Positions 31,963-32,075 of a DNA stretch of 32,075 bases are shown here, one piece after another. The stretch lies in the NCBI GenBank assembly GCA_046293175.1, contig JBKBPM010000002.1:224428-256502 (forward strand), in the 5' to 3' direction. The number at the start of each line of letters is the position of its first letter. The first letter of the stretch is position 1. The DNA is from Minisyncoccia bacterium (GTDB lineage: Bacteria > Patescibacteriota > Minisyncoccia > Phycocordibacterales > UBA918). A model generated the notes under the pieces. It was not told the DNA's origin. It searched no databases and saw nothing but the letters and a program-made list of their open reading frames with translations. The translations under genes were made by a program, and so were the position numbers.

Positions 31963-32075
31963 TCTCTAAAAACCTCCGGCTTTAGCCGGAGTGTCCGTTT
32001 GAAGGCAACGCATATACTAAAGCCGGGCGGCAGCCCGGCTTTAGTAATAAATTCAAATACGTATGCGCAAACGTA

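Overview
About 32 kb of a compact, gene-dense bacterial chromosome. Most of it is housekeeping: glyQS, metG, tatD, rpsF-ssb-rpsR, efp, an ECF-type sigma factor, recA, ftsK, tRNA-Pro, rplJ-rplL, and a 23S-tRNA-5S rRNA operon with no 16S gene in the window. I infer a small-genome CPR/Patescibacteria-like organism. This has not been checked by any search. It rests on many small hypothetical membrane or wHTH proteins, a peptidoglycan-binding surface protein, an unlinked and insert-bearing 23S gene, and extended -10 promoters placed directly before start codons that mostly lack Shine-Dalgarno sequences. I found no CRISPR array, cas gene or recognisable defence or toxin system. The most interesting items are: (1) a 225-nt ORF-less group I-like intron in the 23S rRNA, plus a separate ~100-nt structured expansion segment in 23S domain I; (2) an unusual 23S - three tRNA(-like) genes - 5S layout in which each tRNA departs from canonical structure; (3) a TrpR/YerC-like repressor gene flanked by two copies of a perfect palindrome whose core matches the E. 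coli trp operator core; (4) an A+T-rich block holding the catalytic part of a secreted LCAT-like lipase/acyltransferase next to a 5'-truncated HUH-Y1 transposase remnant; (5) an 81-nt dispersed repeat after recA and ftsK; (6) a duplicated promoter/start module and a ~190-nt unexplained transcript unit upstream of metG; (7) a ~740-nt ORF-free gap upstream of the surface-protein gene. All coordinates and motif calls were made by eye. RNA boundaries are good to roughly +/-10 nt.
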